Part shown: positions 1-8,661 of the stretch, piece by piece
Position numbering within the stretch: position 1 is the stretch's first letter
How the letters are laid out: the number at the start of each line of letters is the position of its first letter
NCBI GenBank assembly: GCA_965212015.1
Contig: OZ243037.1
Coordinates: 672,001-736,000, forward strand
Length of the DNA: 64,000 bases
Reading direction: 5' to 3'
DNA from: Cenarchaeum sp.
Lineage (GTDB): Archaea; Thermoproteota; Nitrososphaeria; Nitrososphaerales; Nitrosopumilaceae
Made by a program: the position numbers and the translations under genes
Notes under the pieces: model-generated
What the model saw: the letters and a program-made list of their open reading frames with translations, nothing else
Told to the model about the DNA's origin: nothing
Database searches by the model: none

Positions 1-266
1 TCGATTCCGTCTTGCAGCACCTCGCGCAGGTCGTCTGGGATCATTCCAGATGCCGGAGAGTTTGTCCGGACAAACAGCTGCGGGCCGTACTCGGACCTGT
101 TTTTTAGCGCGTCGCAGACCAGTCTTCTTGCGCTTTTCTTTTCAGGCCCCGGAACCGAGTCCTCCAGATCAAGGCACGCAATGTCCGCATCAAGTGACTT
201 TGCCTTTTCCAGAAACCTGGGATTGTTTCCCGGCACAAAGACAAGACTGCGAAAAAGCCAGGCCAT
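1..266 (-). CDS. HpcH/HpaI aldolase / citrate lyase beta (CitE-like) CoA-ester lyase, N-terminal part (runs off the window)
   Basis: Manual translation from ATG at 266: MAWLFRSLVFVPGNNPRFLEKAKSLDADIACLDLEDSVP...FVRTN; RS-FVPG and LDLEDSV are CitE-family motifs. Confidence 0.85.
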   Translation of the reverse strand, partial: MAWLFRSLVFVPGNNPRFLEKAKSLDADIACLDLEDSVPGPEKKSARRLVCDALKNRSEYGPQLFVRTNSPASGMIPDDLREVLQDGI

Positions 267-274
267 GAAACCAG

Positions 275-1354
275 CTAGGCGCCGTCGGGCTTCATTAGGA
301 TCTTGCCGAACAGTCCCTTTCCTGTCAGCATCTTTGTGTGCGCCTCTGCTGCCTGCTCAAAGGGATAGACAGAGTCCACCACCGCCCGTATCTTTTTTTG
401 TCCCATCCAGTACAGACCCTGCTCCAGCTCCGCCTTTGTGCCCTGAGTCGAGCCAAGAATGTTTGTTCCCTTGAAAAAGATGTGTCGTAGATCCGTCATT
501 GCGTCGTATCCCGTAGTCGCGCCGCACGACACCAGCGTTCCGCCGTACTTTAAGAGTGTAAGCTGCTTGTTCCAGTGGGTCTGTCCGATGTGGTCAAATG
601 ACAGGTCGATTCCCGGCGACTTGCCCTTTTCCTTTGAGATGCCCTTGGCAATGGACCTGACCTCCTTGTGCCAGTCGTCCTTTCTGTGGTCTACCGCATA
701 ATCTGCGCCGAGCTCCTTGCACTTTTCAAGCTTGTCCGGGCTTGCAGTGGCAATGACGTCGCAGTTGTAGAGTTTTGCAATTTGGATTCCAAAGCTTCCG
801 ACTCCAGAGCCTCCACCCATGATCAGAACCGTCTGTCCCGGCGTTATCCTTGCCCGTCCCACCAGCATGTGCCATGACGTGAGCAGCGTCATCGATGCGG
901 CGGCCGCATCGTCATAGCTTACGCCCTGCGGAATCCTCGAGACGTTTACCTCGGGAAGGTGCGTCACCTCCGAGAATGCGCCCCACGTGGGCCCAGTCTG
1001 AAACCCCCAGATCGTCCTGTTTGTACAGTCGTACTCCCTGCCGTCCGTGCACGCATTGCAGACCCTGCACGCCATGTTTGAGTGCGAGACTATGCGGTCC
1101 CCGACTGTGATGTTTTTTACATCCTCGCCCACCGCAATTACGTCGCCTGCCGCATCGGAGCCAGATACGTGCGGAAGCGGCACCGGAACCGGCTGTCCCC
1201 GCATGCCCCAAATATCGTTATAGTTCAGAGAGGCCGCCTTTACCTTAAAGACCACCTCGTCGGCCTTTGGTTTTGGCTCTTCAATGTCCTTTATCTTTAG
1301 GATCTTTTTAAAATCGTCATCAGGTGCATACTCGTCGTATACCAGCGCCTTCAT
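275..1354 (-). CDS. Zinc-binding MDR-family dehydrogenase / quinone oxidoreductase
   Basis: GSDAAG, structural Zn CRVCNACTDGREYDC, GGGSGVG Rossmann motif, C-terminal GKILM. Confidence 0.9.
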   Translation of the reverse strand: MKALVYDEYAPDDDFKKILKIKDIEEPKPKADEVVFKVKAASLNYNDIWGMRGQPVPVPLPHVSGSDAAGDVIAVGEDVKNITVGDRIVSHSNMACRVCNACTDGREYDCTNRTIWGFQTGPTWGAFSEVTHLPEVNVSRIPQGVSYDDAAAASMTLLTSWHMLVGRARITPGQTVLIMGGGSGVGSFGIQIAKLYNCDVIATASPDKLEKCKELGADYAVDHRKDDWHKEVRSIAKGISKEKGKSPGIDLSFDHIGQTHWNKQLTLLKYGGTLVSCGATTGYDAMTDLRHIFFKGTNILGSTQGTKAELEQGLYWMGQKKIRAVVDSVYPFEQAAEAHTKMLTGKGLFGKILMKPDGA

Positions 1355-1398
1355 AGATACTGTCGAATTTTTCCCCTAATTATGTTTTATCCGGCGAG

Positions 1399-1689
1399 TC
1401 AGAGCCTGTTGATCTTGAAATCCCGCTTTGGCTTTTGCATCGACTGCAGGATCTGCTTGAGCTGCTCGTCGGATATCTGCGAGCCGATCTTTCCCTGCGA
1501 GGCCATGCCGACCAGATAGTTCTCCAGCATCGATGCAAGATCGGGCTTTACCATCCGGATGTTGCCCAGGCGCATTCTTGCATGCGGGTCGAGAATCTGC
1601 TTTAGGACCGCCTCCTTTTGGGCGGAAACTTCGGCGTCGTTTGGGGCGTATTCTGGGTTTCCTGTTTCGTCCCGGTTTGGATGGCTCAT
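1399..1689 (-). CDS. PDCD5/TFAR19-like DNA-binding protein
   Basis: LKQILDPHARMRLGNIRMVKPDLA...ISDEQLKQIL...DFKINR; usual position downstream of rps19e. Confidence 0.9.
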   Translation of the reverse strand: MSHPNRDETGNPEYAPNDAEVSAQKEAVLKQILDPHARMRLGNIRMVKPDLASMLENYLVGMASQGKIGSQISDEQLKQILQSMQKPKRDFKINRL

Positions 1690-1696
1690 TTTAACA

Positions 1697-2149
1697 CTAG
1701 GAGTACACTTTGAGCTGGGGGTTTTCTGCTATGAGGTCCTTGAGAATCTCGGTGGCCAGCCTGTCAATCTTTTGCATTCCCTGCTTTGAGACAATCCTAC
1801 CCTTTTTTTCAATCTTTTCTACATAACCTAATTTTTCCAGCCCGTGAATGGCGTTTCTGATTATCGCCCCGCCGGCGTTCCTGTGGTGTGCCGCGCCGTA
1901 TCCGTGCGGCTTGCCTCCCCCGTACCCCCTGCAGAGCTCATTTACGCCGATCGGCCCGTGAAGATAGATTTTTCTCAATAGTGAGGCGCATCGCGTGTGC
2001 CACCACTCCCTGTCCTGCGGCGGCTTGTCTGCGTGCGCGCCGGTCTTTACAAACGGAATCCAGCCCGGGGCCGCAATGTCCTCGCCCTTTAGAACCGTGG
2101 CAAGCCTGTCAATTAGCATGTCTGGCGGAACGTCATACACCTTTGCCAT
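1697..2149 (-). CDS. rps19e: 30S ribosomal protein S19e
   Basis: VYDVPPD, FVKTG, WWHTRCASLLRKIY, GGAIIR motifs. Confidence 0.97.
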   Translation of the reverse strand: MAKVYDVPPDMLIDRLATVLKGEDIAAPGWIPFVKTGAHADKPPQDREWWHTRCASLLRKIYLHGPIGVNELCRGYGGGKPHGYGAAHHRNAGGAIIRNAIHGLEKLGYVEKIEKKGRIVSKQGMQKIDRLATEILKDLIAENPQLKVYS

Positions 2150-2306
2150 GAGGGAAAAAACTCGGTACTGGCCTTATAAATCATGGAGCCATTGTTTTGC
2201 AGTTGCGGGAAAAACCGGTCCGGCCGCATGCCGCCAGATCTTGCACGACCGCACGCGCAGCCGCCGATCCTAGAATTTTTATCTAGATGCCGGGCAGTCA
2301 GCAGTA

Positions 2307-2708
2307 TTGTCTGACACGGAGCAGGTAATCAGGATAATAGAGAGGTTTTTTGAGACCGGCAGGACCAAGGATCTGGCATCGCTAAAGGAGATTCAGATGA
2401 CAGATTCGAGCTTTTCAAGCTTTAGCGACGTGCCGCCGTACGACCTGAAGGACTATCAGACCACAATAGCGCTAGAGGAGCTCCGGTTCATCAGCATATC
2501 GGACTATCAATACGAGATAAAAAGCCCCAAAATCAGCATGTTTGGCGACACTTCCATAGTGGCATTCGAGCTGACACAGACGGGAATGCTAGTCGACAAC
2601 AAAAACTATACGGGCGAGCACATTACAATCAACGGAAGGGCTACATTCGTACTGGTAAAAAAACCGACCTGGAAGATAGCACACATACACCTCTCAAGGA
2701 CGCCGTGA
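2307..2708 (+). CDS. NTF2/SnoaL-like domain protein
   Basis: C-terminal GRATFVLVK...WKIAHIHLS is typical of the NTF2-like fold. Confidence 0.75.
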   Translation: MSDTEQVIRIIERFFETGRTKDLASLKEIQMTDSSFSSFSDVPPYDLKDYQTTIALEELRFISISDYQYEIKSPKISMFGDTSIVAFELTQTGMLVDNKNYTGEHITINGRATFVLVKKPTWKIAHIHLSRTP

Positions 2709-2713
2709 CGGGA

Positions 2714-3526
2714 CTAGGCCACTCTGTCGTTTGAGGCGTCCGGCTTTTTGCACAGCGACTTGTAAAAGTCGTATGCCCCGCCGACGTCTGAGTTGCCGTG
2801 CACTATGGAGCGCACCGCCCTGATCATGGGCACCGGATTGTCAGACTGCCATATGTTGCGGCCCATGTCCACCCCGACTGCGCCTGCCTGAATTGCGTTA
2901 TAGGTCAGCTCCAGTGCGTCGCGCTCTGGTATCTTTTTGCCGCCTGCAACGATGATCGGAACCGGACATGATCCCACCACCTTTTCCATGTCCTTGCAAT
3001 AGTACGTCTTAACAATGTGGGCGCCCTGCTCTGCGGCAATCCTGCACGCCAGCGAGAGATAGCGCGCATCCTTGCCCATGTCCTTTCCCACCGCAGTCAC
3101 TGCCAGCACGGGAATGCCGTATTCTGTGGCCTCATCCACCAGCCGTCCCAGGTTGACTATGGTCTGCTGCTCGTATTTGCCGCCCACAAAGACTGACATT
3201 GCAAGCGCGCTTGCGTTGAGGCGGATCGAGTCCCTTATGCCCGTCGTTATCTGCTCGTTGGACAGATCCTCGCCTATTATGCTCGAGCCTCCTGACACCC
3301 TCAGTACGACGGGAACGGGATGGCCCGGGTTGACTGACGTTCTCAGCACGCCCCTGGTCACCATCAGCGAGTCGCAGTACTTTAAGAGCGGCCGTATCGT
3401 CTCTTTTGGATTCTCTAGTCTCTGGGTGGGTCCGAGAAAATACCCGTGATCCACTGCCAGCATTACTGCCCTGCCGTCTGCCGGCTTTATTATACAGGCC
3501 AGCCTGTTTTGCAATCCCCAGTCCAA
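2714..3526 (-). CDS. lsrF: LsrF-like DhnA-type class I aldolase/thiolase
   Basis: DWGLQNRL start (TTG 3526), MLAVDHGYFLGP, GAHIVKTYY Schiff-base Lys, AGGKK, GVDMGRNIWQ. Confidence 0.85.
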   Translation of the reverse strand: MDWGLQNRLACIIKPADGRAVMLAVDHGYFLGPTQRLENPKETIRPLLKYCDSLMVTRGVLRTSVNPGHPVPVVLRVSGGSSIIGEDLSNEQITTGIRDSIRLNASALAMSVFVGGKYEQQTIVNLGRLVDEATEYGIPVLAVTAVGKDMGKDARYLSLACRIAAEQGAHIVKTYYCKDMEKVVGSCPVPIIVAGGKKIPERDALELTYNAIQAGAVGVDMGRNIWQSDNPVPMIRAVRSIVHGNSDVGGAYDFYKSLCKKPDASNDRVA

Positions 3527-3583
3527 TACTATCGGGTTGAGAGGCGGCATATATCTATCTTAATCTTTCTGCACCGCAGGCAG

Positions 3584-4612
3584 TCACGGCCGGCCGATGA
3601 TTATCTTCATGGCATCCTTGCCGCTGCGCGCGTGCTCAAAGGCCCTTTGCGATTCCGTCAGGGAATACCTGTGGGTAATCAGCCCTCCTGCGTCTATTTT
3701 TTTAGAGTCAATAAGCTGTAATGCCTTTTTTGTGTCCAGATCCGATGCCGCATAGCTTGTCACCAGCGTAATCTCTTTGGAGTACACCGCACCCATGTCA
3801 ATCCCCGCCGTGTCGCCTACTGTGGGGACGCCAAACATCACGGCCGTCCCGCCCCTTCTGAGCATCCCCACGGCGTCACGGAGTGCGGCAAGGCTGCTAG
3901 TCGCAACTATTGCCAGGTCGACTCCGCCGTCTGTCTGCGCAAGAATCCTTTCTGTCCTGCCGGGATCGGATGCCCCGATTGCCTCAGTAACGCCGGATTT
4001 TCTGGCAAACTCTAGCCGAAAGTCATTGACGTCAAGGCAAAAGATCTTTTCTGCGCCGCAGTTTTTGGCCAGCATTGCGTGCATCATTCCGGTAGGCCCC
4101 ACGCCGAATATTGCGACAGAATCCCCGCTGCCAAACGCGGTCCTGTTCCATGCGCGTATGCAGCATGCAAGCGGCTCTATCATTGCCGCCTCATCGAAGC
4201 TCATCGATTCTGGAAGCTTTAGCACCCCGCCATTCTCCACGTTCCACTTTGGAACAATGTATTTCTGGGCCAGTCCGCACGGGTTCAGGTTGCTCTCGGA
4301 ATATTTCCGGCACATCGTCTCGTTGCCATGCCTGCAAAGGCGGCACGAGCCACACGGCACGTGGTGGTGCGTAAAGACGCGGTCGCCTGCCTTGTAGCCG
4401 CGCACGCCTGCGCCCACCTCCAGTACGGTGCCTGCCGGCTCGTGGCCGAGTCTCATCGACGGCTTGCCGTACCTTCCAAACACCTTTTCAACATCAGAGC
4501 CGCATATTCCGCATGCGTCCATCCGGACCAGAATCTCCCCGCCTCCCGCCACGGGATCCCCCTGCTCCCTAATTGCAACTTTTGATGGACCAGACACGAA
4601 TACGGCCTTCAC
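3584..4612 (-). CDS. Zinc-dependent alcohol/polyol dehydrogenase
   Basis: CGICGSD, GHE, CGSCRLCRHG, EPLACC, GVGPTG. Confidence 0.9.
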   Translation of the reverse strand: MKAVFVSGPSKVAIREQGDPVAGGGEILVRMDACGICGSDVEKVFGRYGKPSMRLGHEPAGTVLEVGAGVRGYKAGDRVFTHHHVPCGSCRLCRHGNETMCRKYSESNLNPCGLAQKYIVPKWNVENGGVLKLPESMSFDEAAMIEPLACCIRAWNRTAFGSGDSVAIFGVGPTGMMHAMLAKNCGAEKIFCLDVNDFRLEFARKSGVTEAIGASDPGRTERILAQTDGGVDLAIVATSSLAALRDAVGMLRRGGTAVMFGVPTVGDTAGIDMGAVYSKEITLVTSYAASDLDTKKALQLIDSKKIDAGGLITHRYSLTESQRAFEHARSGKDAMKIIIGRP

Positions 4613-4614
4613 AG

Positions 4615-4908
4615 TCAGACGCCCAGGATTTTCTTTAACATCACTCTATAGTCAATGCTGGTCTTTTGGCTGCCAATCGAGGGCAGTGCAAACACCAGGG
4701 TCGACTTTTCTGCGCGAAGCGCGGTTAGCTGATCATTGATGGGCCCCGATATGTCGTCGCTTACCAAAACCAGGCCCGTATCTGAATCCTCGGATAGTTT
4801 TTTGATTTCCTCCAGCGCCTGCTCGGGTGTCTCTGTGATTATTCCCGACACGCCTGCAAGCTGAAAACTTGTAACAAAAGATCTTGCCCCCACCGTGACG
4901 ATTCTCAT
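4615..4908 (-). CDS. atpF: A/V-type ATP synthase subunit F
   Basis: MRIVTVG...FQLAGV...GLVLVS...LKKILGV; 97 aa. Confidence 0.88.
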   Translation of the reverse strand: MRIVTVGARSFVTSFQLAGVSGIITETPEQALEEIKKLSEDSDTGLVLVSDDISGPINDQLTALRAEKSTLVFALPSIGSQKTSIDYRVMLKKILGV

Positions 4909-4997
4909 GCGTCAAGGGGGGCCCGGAATCCAATTTAACCCTTTATCATGGCCGGATTCAAGGCAAGGTTGATTAGGCAAAACCATCCAGCAATATC

Positions 4998-5297
4998 ATG
5001 ACAGATATTGACGCGCAAAAAGACGTGTATCTTTTCGTGCACGGCCGCATGGACCTACAGGAAAAATCAACAGGCGCCCTAGTCGCAAAGGGGTTCTCCA
5101 AGGACAGAATCATCATGGCGGTGCCGACCAAGACAGGCCAGACAGGCGACTATATGGCAATGCTGTGGGCACCCCCCAATCCGGATCACATCAAAATCCA
5201 GCGGATTACAAGGGTGGAGAGTGTAAAGGCAGAGGGCATGATCGGCCTGTGGAAGGGCGTCTCAAAGGACGACCTGTTTATCATACCGCTGGAATAG
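4998..5297 (+). CDS. Hypothetical protein
   Basis: 99-aa ORF with normal codon usage, fills the gap between neighbouring genes. Confidence 0.7.
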   Translation: MTDIDAQKDVYLFVHGRMDLQEKSTGALVAKGFSKDRIIMAVPTKTGQTGDYMAMLWAPPNPDHIKIQRITRVESVKAEGMIGLWKGVSKDDLFIIPLE

Positions 5298-5299
5298 GC

Positions 5300-5551
5300 C
5301 TAGCTGAATCCGACTCCGAATTTGTCGCCGTCCTGAAGGGGATCGGCGGATTTTGAATTTTTTAGCTTTAGATACAGCAGGGACTCGTAGACTAGCCGAA
5401 CTGCCTCGTCTTTGCCTGCTCCAAGGTTCTGTACCGCATACCTGCGGTACTTTGCAAATTTCGTTGAATCCTGCTCGTCGGGGGATATTCCGTCCTTTTC
5501 CATCAGGCCTGCGATTTTTTCAACTCGCGCGTTATCACTTGATTCGGACAT
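5300..5551 (-). CDS. Hypothetical protein
   Basis: 83-aa ORF whose stop abuts the convergent gene; TATA-like TTAAC/TTAAT upstream. Confidence 0.7.
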   Translation of the reverse strand: MSESSDNARVEKIAGLMEKDGISPDEQDSTKFAKYRRYAVQNLGAGKDEAVRLVYESLLYLKLKNSKSADPLQDGDKFGVGFS

Positions 5552-5590
5552 GCGTTATGGTACGGCAGGGCAGTTAATGACGTTTGTGGA

Positions 5591-5968
5591 TCACACCTTG
5601 GAGCCGATTCTTTTCACAGAGTTTACCAGGTGTATCTTGTCCTTGATGCCAAGCTCCGGCTCTACGGTGATGAATATGGTGAACTTTTTGGTATAAACGA
5701 CTAGCTGGGAGACCTTGTCCCTCTCTACGTGCACATAGCGCACCTTTCCTAGCGTCTTGTCAAACTCCTTGCGCATCATTCTTCGCTGACCCACCTGCTT
5801 GCAAAACCGCTCCTCCTCCTTTTGGGATTCAAGCGAGGTCTTGCCCTTTTTCATAATGCCCTCCACAATGTTTCCCTTTAGATCGATGATTGCCACAAAG
5901 CGCATCTTTGGGTTGTGCACGATGATCTTTTCGGCCATCTCTGTAAGCTTTGATTTTTTCGCATTCAT
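5591..5968 (-). CDS. Thaumarchaeal roadblock/longin-like (DUF6659-type) protein
   Basis: RFVAIIDLKGNIVEG...EFDKTLGKVRYVHVERDKV pattern. Confidence 0.7.
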   Translation of the reverse strand: MNAKKSKLTEMAEKIIVHNPKMRFVAIIDLKGNIVEGIMKKGKTSLESQKEEERFCKQVGQRRMMRKEFDKTLGKVRYVHVERDKVSQLVVYTKKFTIFITVEPELGIKDKIHLVNSVKRIGSKV

Positions 5969-6008
5969 GCCCTAGATGGGGCATGCACTTGGATATAACT
6001 CAAATCAA

Positions 6009-6299
6009 TCACATATCAGAGAGCAGTCCCGAGATGAAATCCACATACTCCTCGTCGGCAAACGGTACGGCCTCGGCGCCCCCCTCCCTTTTGGCCGATT
6101 TTAGCGCCTCTAGGTGATAGCACCACTTTTTGCCCCTTTTGTCAAAATAGTATCCCGGGCACGAGCAGAATTCCCGCTCCGGATGGACCCAGTACTCCTT
6201 TTTGCCCACCACAGTCCAGATCTCCCTCCTGCTTGGCTCAAAAACGTGCATCTTTACCCTGTGCTGGCCGAGAATGTTCCTTATCTTGTCGTCTTGCAC
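6009..6299 (-). CDS. SWIM zinc-finger protein
   Basis: FCSCPGYY...CYHLEA (CxC...CxH). Confidence 0.8.
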   Translation of the reverse strand: MQDDKIRNILGQHRVKMHVFEPSRREIWTVVGKKEYWVHPEREFCSCPGYYFDKRGKKWCYHLEALKSAKREGGAEAVPFADEEYVDFISGLLSDM

Positions 6300-6434
6300 G
6301 CATAATAATCCCGATTCCGGGGTATATCTGTGGCGGCGCAGCGTTACCGGGGCGCCGCAGATGGATAATTACCCCGGCGGTTGTAAAATCAAATTCAGCG
6401 CGATTCTCTTAAGGAACCGGATGCTTGAAATGCC

Positions 6435-6794
6435 ATGCACAGGCCGGTAATCGAGATTCCCGTCTCACAGAGCCCGTCAGACGCACAGCTCAAAAAAATC
6501 AGGGAGTACTTTAAAGAGATGCCAATCGATGATGTGCTCACCGGGCTCAAGTTTGCAAAAAACCGCTGGTCTGCAAAGGACGCCGGCGTCCTCAAAGTAG
6601 GCAGAAAAAGCATAGTGCAAAGAGAGGTCCATTCCGTGACTTTTGAGCAGGCACAGTGGCGGCTCAAAAACTGGAAGATGATGATCCAAAACTACCGGCG
6701 GCGCGGATACAGCTATCCCACCATATCGAGGATCAAAAAGATCCTGGTTCAGAAAAGCCGGGGCCTCCACGATCGTGGCCTGCGGCGCGCGTGA
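6435..6794 (+). CDS. Hypothetical basic protein
   Basis: 119-aa Lys/Arg-rich ORF with CTTAAG TATA-like element about 25 nt upstream. Confidence 0.7.
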   Translation: MHRPVIEIPVSQSPSDAQLKKIREYFKEMPIDDVLTGLKFAKNRWSAKDAGVLKVGRKSIVQREVHSVTFEQAQWRLKNWKMMIQNYRRRGYSYPTISRIKKILVQKSRGLHDRGLRRA

Positions 6795-6806
6795 ATGTGC
6801 GCCAGT

Positions 6807-7451
6807 CTAGGTATAGACCTTGCGCCTTTTCATAATGTCGTCTTTAAGATTGTCTGGCAGATCCGGCAGGCTGTCCTTTGTCTTTCCGGCCATCACGTCG
6901 TGCGCCTCCTCCAGGATGGCCATGGTCTCCGCATTGGCGTTCTCGCCGATGCTCATGTCCCGTCCTGCTACTGCCGAACTTGAAAGGACGTCCTCGAGCA
7001 TCTTTGATAGGTCCTGCATCGAGGCGTTTGCGTCTGGCACCAGCCCGCCAATGGAGGTGTTCAGTCCCTTGATTACCGACATGCACGGGCTGAGCGTCAC
7101 CACCACGTCGCCCAGATCCGAGATTGTGTTTAGCCTGTGTTGAATCTGCTCCATGGACAGCTTTGTGTTTTTTACCATGTTGCCCATCTTTCTTATCTCT
7201 TGTAGCTCGATTGCGTATGCCTGGGCGCACGCCACATTGTTTGATTTCTGGGCGTCCACTATCTTGCTGAATATCATGTCGTTTCGCTGCTGCAGCCTCT
7301 GGTGGATTGACTCCAGTTTTGTAATCTGAGTGTCAAGCTGGCTTTGTGCCAGGTTGATCTTGCTCTTGATGGGTGCGTCTGGCTTTATCCTGTCTAGCAC
7401 CTTTTGCGACAAGTTTGGGCCTCCCTTGGAACGGTTCCATTTTCCAATCAA
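6807..7451 (-). CDS. cdvB: ESCRT-III / Snf7-family cell-division protein (CdvB paralogue)
   Basis: A-AYAIELQEIRKM, LSMEQIQHRLNTISDLGDVVVTLSPCMSVIKGL, ILEEA, LPDLP: thaumarchaeal Snf7 signature. Confidence 0.88.
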   Translation of the reverse strand: MIGKWNRSKGGPNLSQKVLDRIKPDAPIKSKINLAQSQLDTQITKLESIHQRLQQRNDMIFSKIVDAQKSNNVACAQAYAIELQEIRKMGNMVKNTKLSMEQIQHRLNTISDLGDVVVTLSPCMSVIKGLNTSIGGLVPDANASMQDLSKMLEDVLSSSAVAGRDMSIGENANAETMAILEEAHDVMAGKTKDSLPDLPDNLKDDIMKRRKVYT

Positions 7452-7470
7452 CCCTGTTTGGTGCTGAAAA

Positions 7471-7551
7471 ATGGTTTTAAACCATACTGTAACTGCCGCC
7501 TGTGTGACCCCGGTTACACCACCGTACGGTTACACCGCCATACGGTTACAC
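7471..7551. promoter_or_regulatory. Candidate operator array upstream of cdvB
   Basis: CGGTTACAC at 7511, 7527 and 7543 (16-bp period); inverted variants TGTAACTG at 7488 and TGTGACCC at 7503; TATA inside palindrome ATGGTTT-T-AAACCAT at 7471-7485. Confidence 0.6.
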
Positions 7552-8657
7552 TAGCCGAAAGTAAAGGTGAATATCTCAAAGCCCGGCTCGTCTGCCCTGA
7601 TCACAAGGGTGTGCACGCCAGGCTCTTCGCTGCTCACCAAATTGTACAAGTCGTGCTCGCCTATCTGTACGATGCCGTCTGGCGCAATGCTTGTGCCTGC
7701 ATGCGGCTGCGCTATCGGCTCCCCGTCTAGCAGGACTGCCAGCTCTGCGGGGTTTCCGGCCACAATGTTTACCTGTTTTGCGTAATAGTGCAGGACTATC
7801 GTGCCGGACTCGGATATCAGCTCCATTCCGTCCTCCAGGTTCCTCCACGTGCCGTCAAGGTAGAAATAGTGCACCTCCTGGCCCTCCGGAATCGAGTATG
7901 TGACCTCCCTTTCTGGCCTAAACCCCTCGTCGTTGCCAAGGCGATCCCGGCCCGCTGCAAACTTGTATCCAAAGTAAAGCTCCGGCGTCAAAAACGACGT
8001 GTGCTGGAACTCGTCGATGTTTACCAGCTCTTCTGCGGAGGCGACCTGCATTCCAATGCTGTCGGCCCTCTCTTTGAGGAGCTTTTGTATCACGCCCTCG
8101 GTCTCCTTGTACGCACCCTCGCCGATGTGATCATACCGGATATAGCCCTCGTGGTCTGCAATGTATTTTCTAGGCCAGTACCTGTTCTCAAAGGCCTTCC
8201 ACGTCTCCTTGTCGTTGTCAAGTATCACGGGGTACGCGATTCCGTTCTTTTCCACTGCAAACTTTACATTCTCAACGTTCTTTTCAAACTCAAACTCCGG
8301 CGAGTGGATTCCAACGATTAGCAGCCCGTCGTCGGCGTACTTGTCGTCCCACGCAGTAATGTACGGCAGGGTCCTGATGCAGTTGATGCACGAGTACGTC
8401 CAAATGTCGTACAGTATTACCTTGCCCTCCATCTGCTCTCTGAGCTCCTCCGGGGTGGTGTTGATATAGTCGGCGATCCCGACTAGCTCCGGTGCTACCT
8501 TGAAGCCGGACTTGTCCACGTCTGCCGCCGGCACGGAATCTGCGGTGTCTGCCGGCTCGATTTCTGTCTCCAGCATGGAGAGGCCGATGCTGATTCCCGC
8601 CACCGACGCAAGTATTATCGCGCCAAGATAGATTGCACTTTTGGAGCCGGACTTCAT
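7551..8657 (-). CDS. Membrane-anchored thioredoxin-like redoxin (DipZ C-terminal type)
   Basis: N-terminal TM; WTYSCINCIRTLP, GIHSPEFEFEK, NRYWP, HIGEG, TPELYFGY, FTFG end. Confidence 0.9.
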   Translation of the reverse strand: MKSGSKSAIYLGAIILASVAGISIGLSMLETEIEPADTADSVPAADVDKSGFKVAPELVGIADYINTTPEELREQMEGKVILYDIWTYSCINCIRTLPYITAWDDKYADDGLLIVGIHSPEFEFEKNVENVKFAVEKNGIAYPVILDNDKETWKAFENRYWPRKYIADHEGYIRYDHIGEGAYKETEGVIQKLLKERADSIGMQVASAEELVNIDEFQHTSFLTPELYFGYKFAAGRDRLGNDEGFRPEREVTYSIPEGQEVHYFYLDGTWRNLEDGMELISESGTIVLHYYAKQVNIVAGNPAELAVLLDGEPIAQPHAGTSIAPDGIVQIGEHDLYNLVSSEEPGVHTLVIRADEPGFEIFTFTFG

Positions 8658-8661
8658 GTCT

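Noticed and set aside
7511-7551. CRISPR-like array
   Set aside because: Repeats are 9-10 bp with 6-7 bp spacers, far too short, and no cas genes are present
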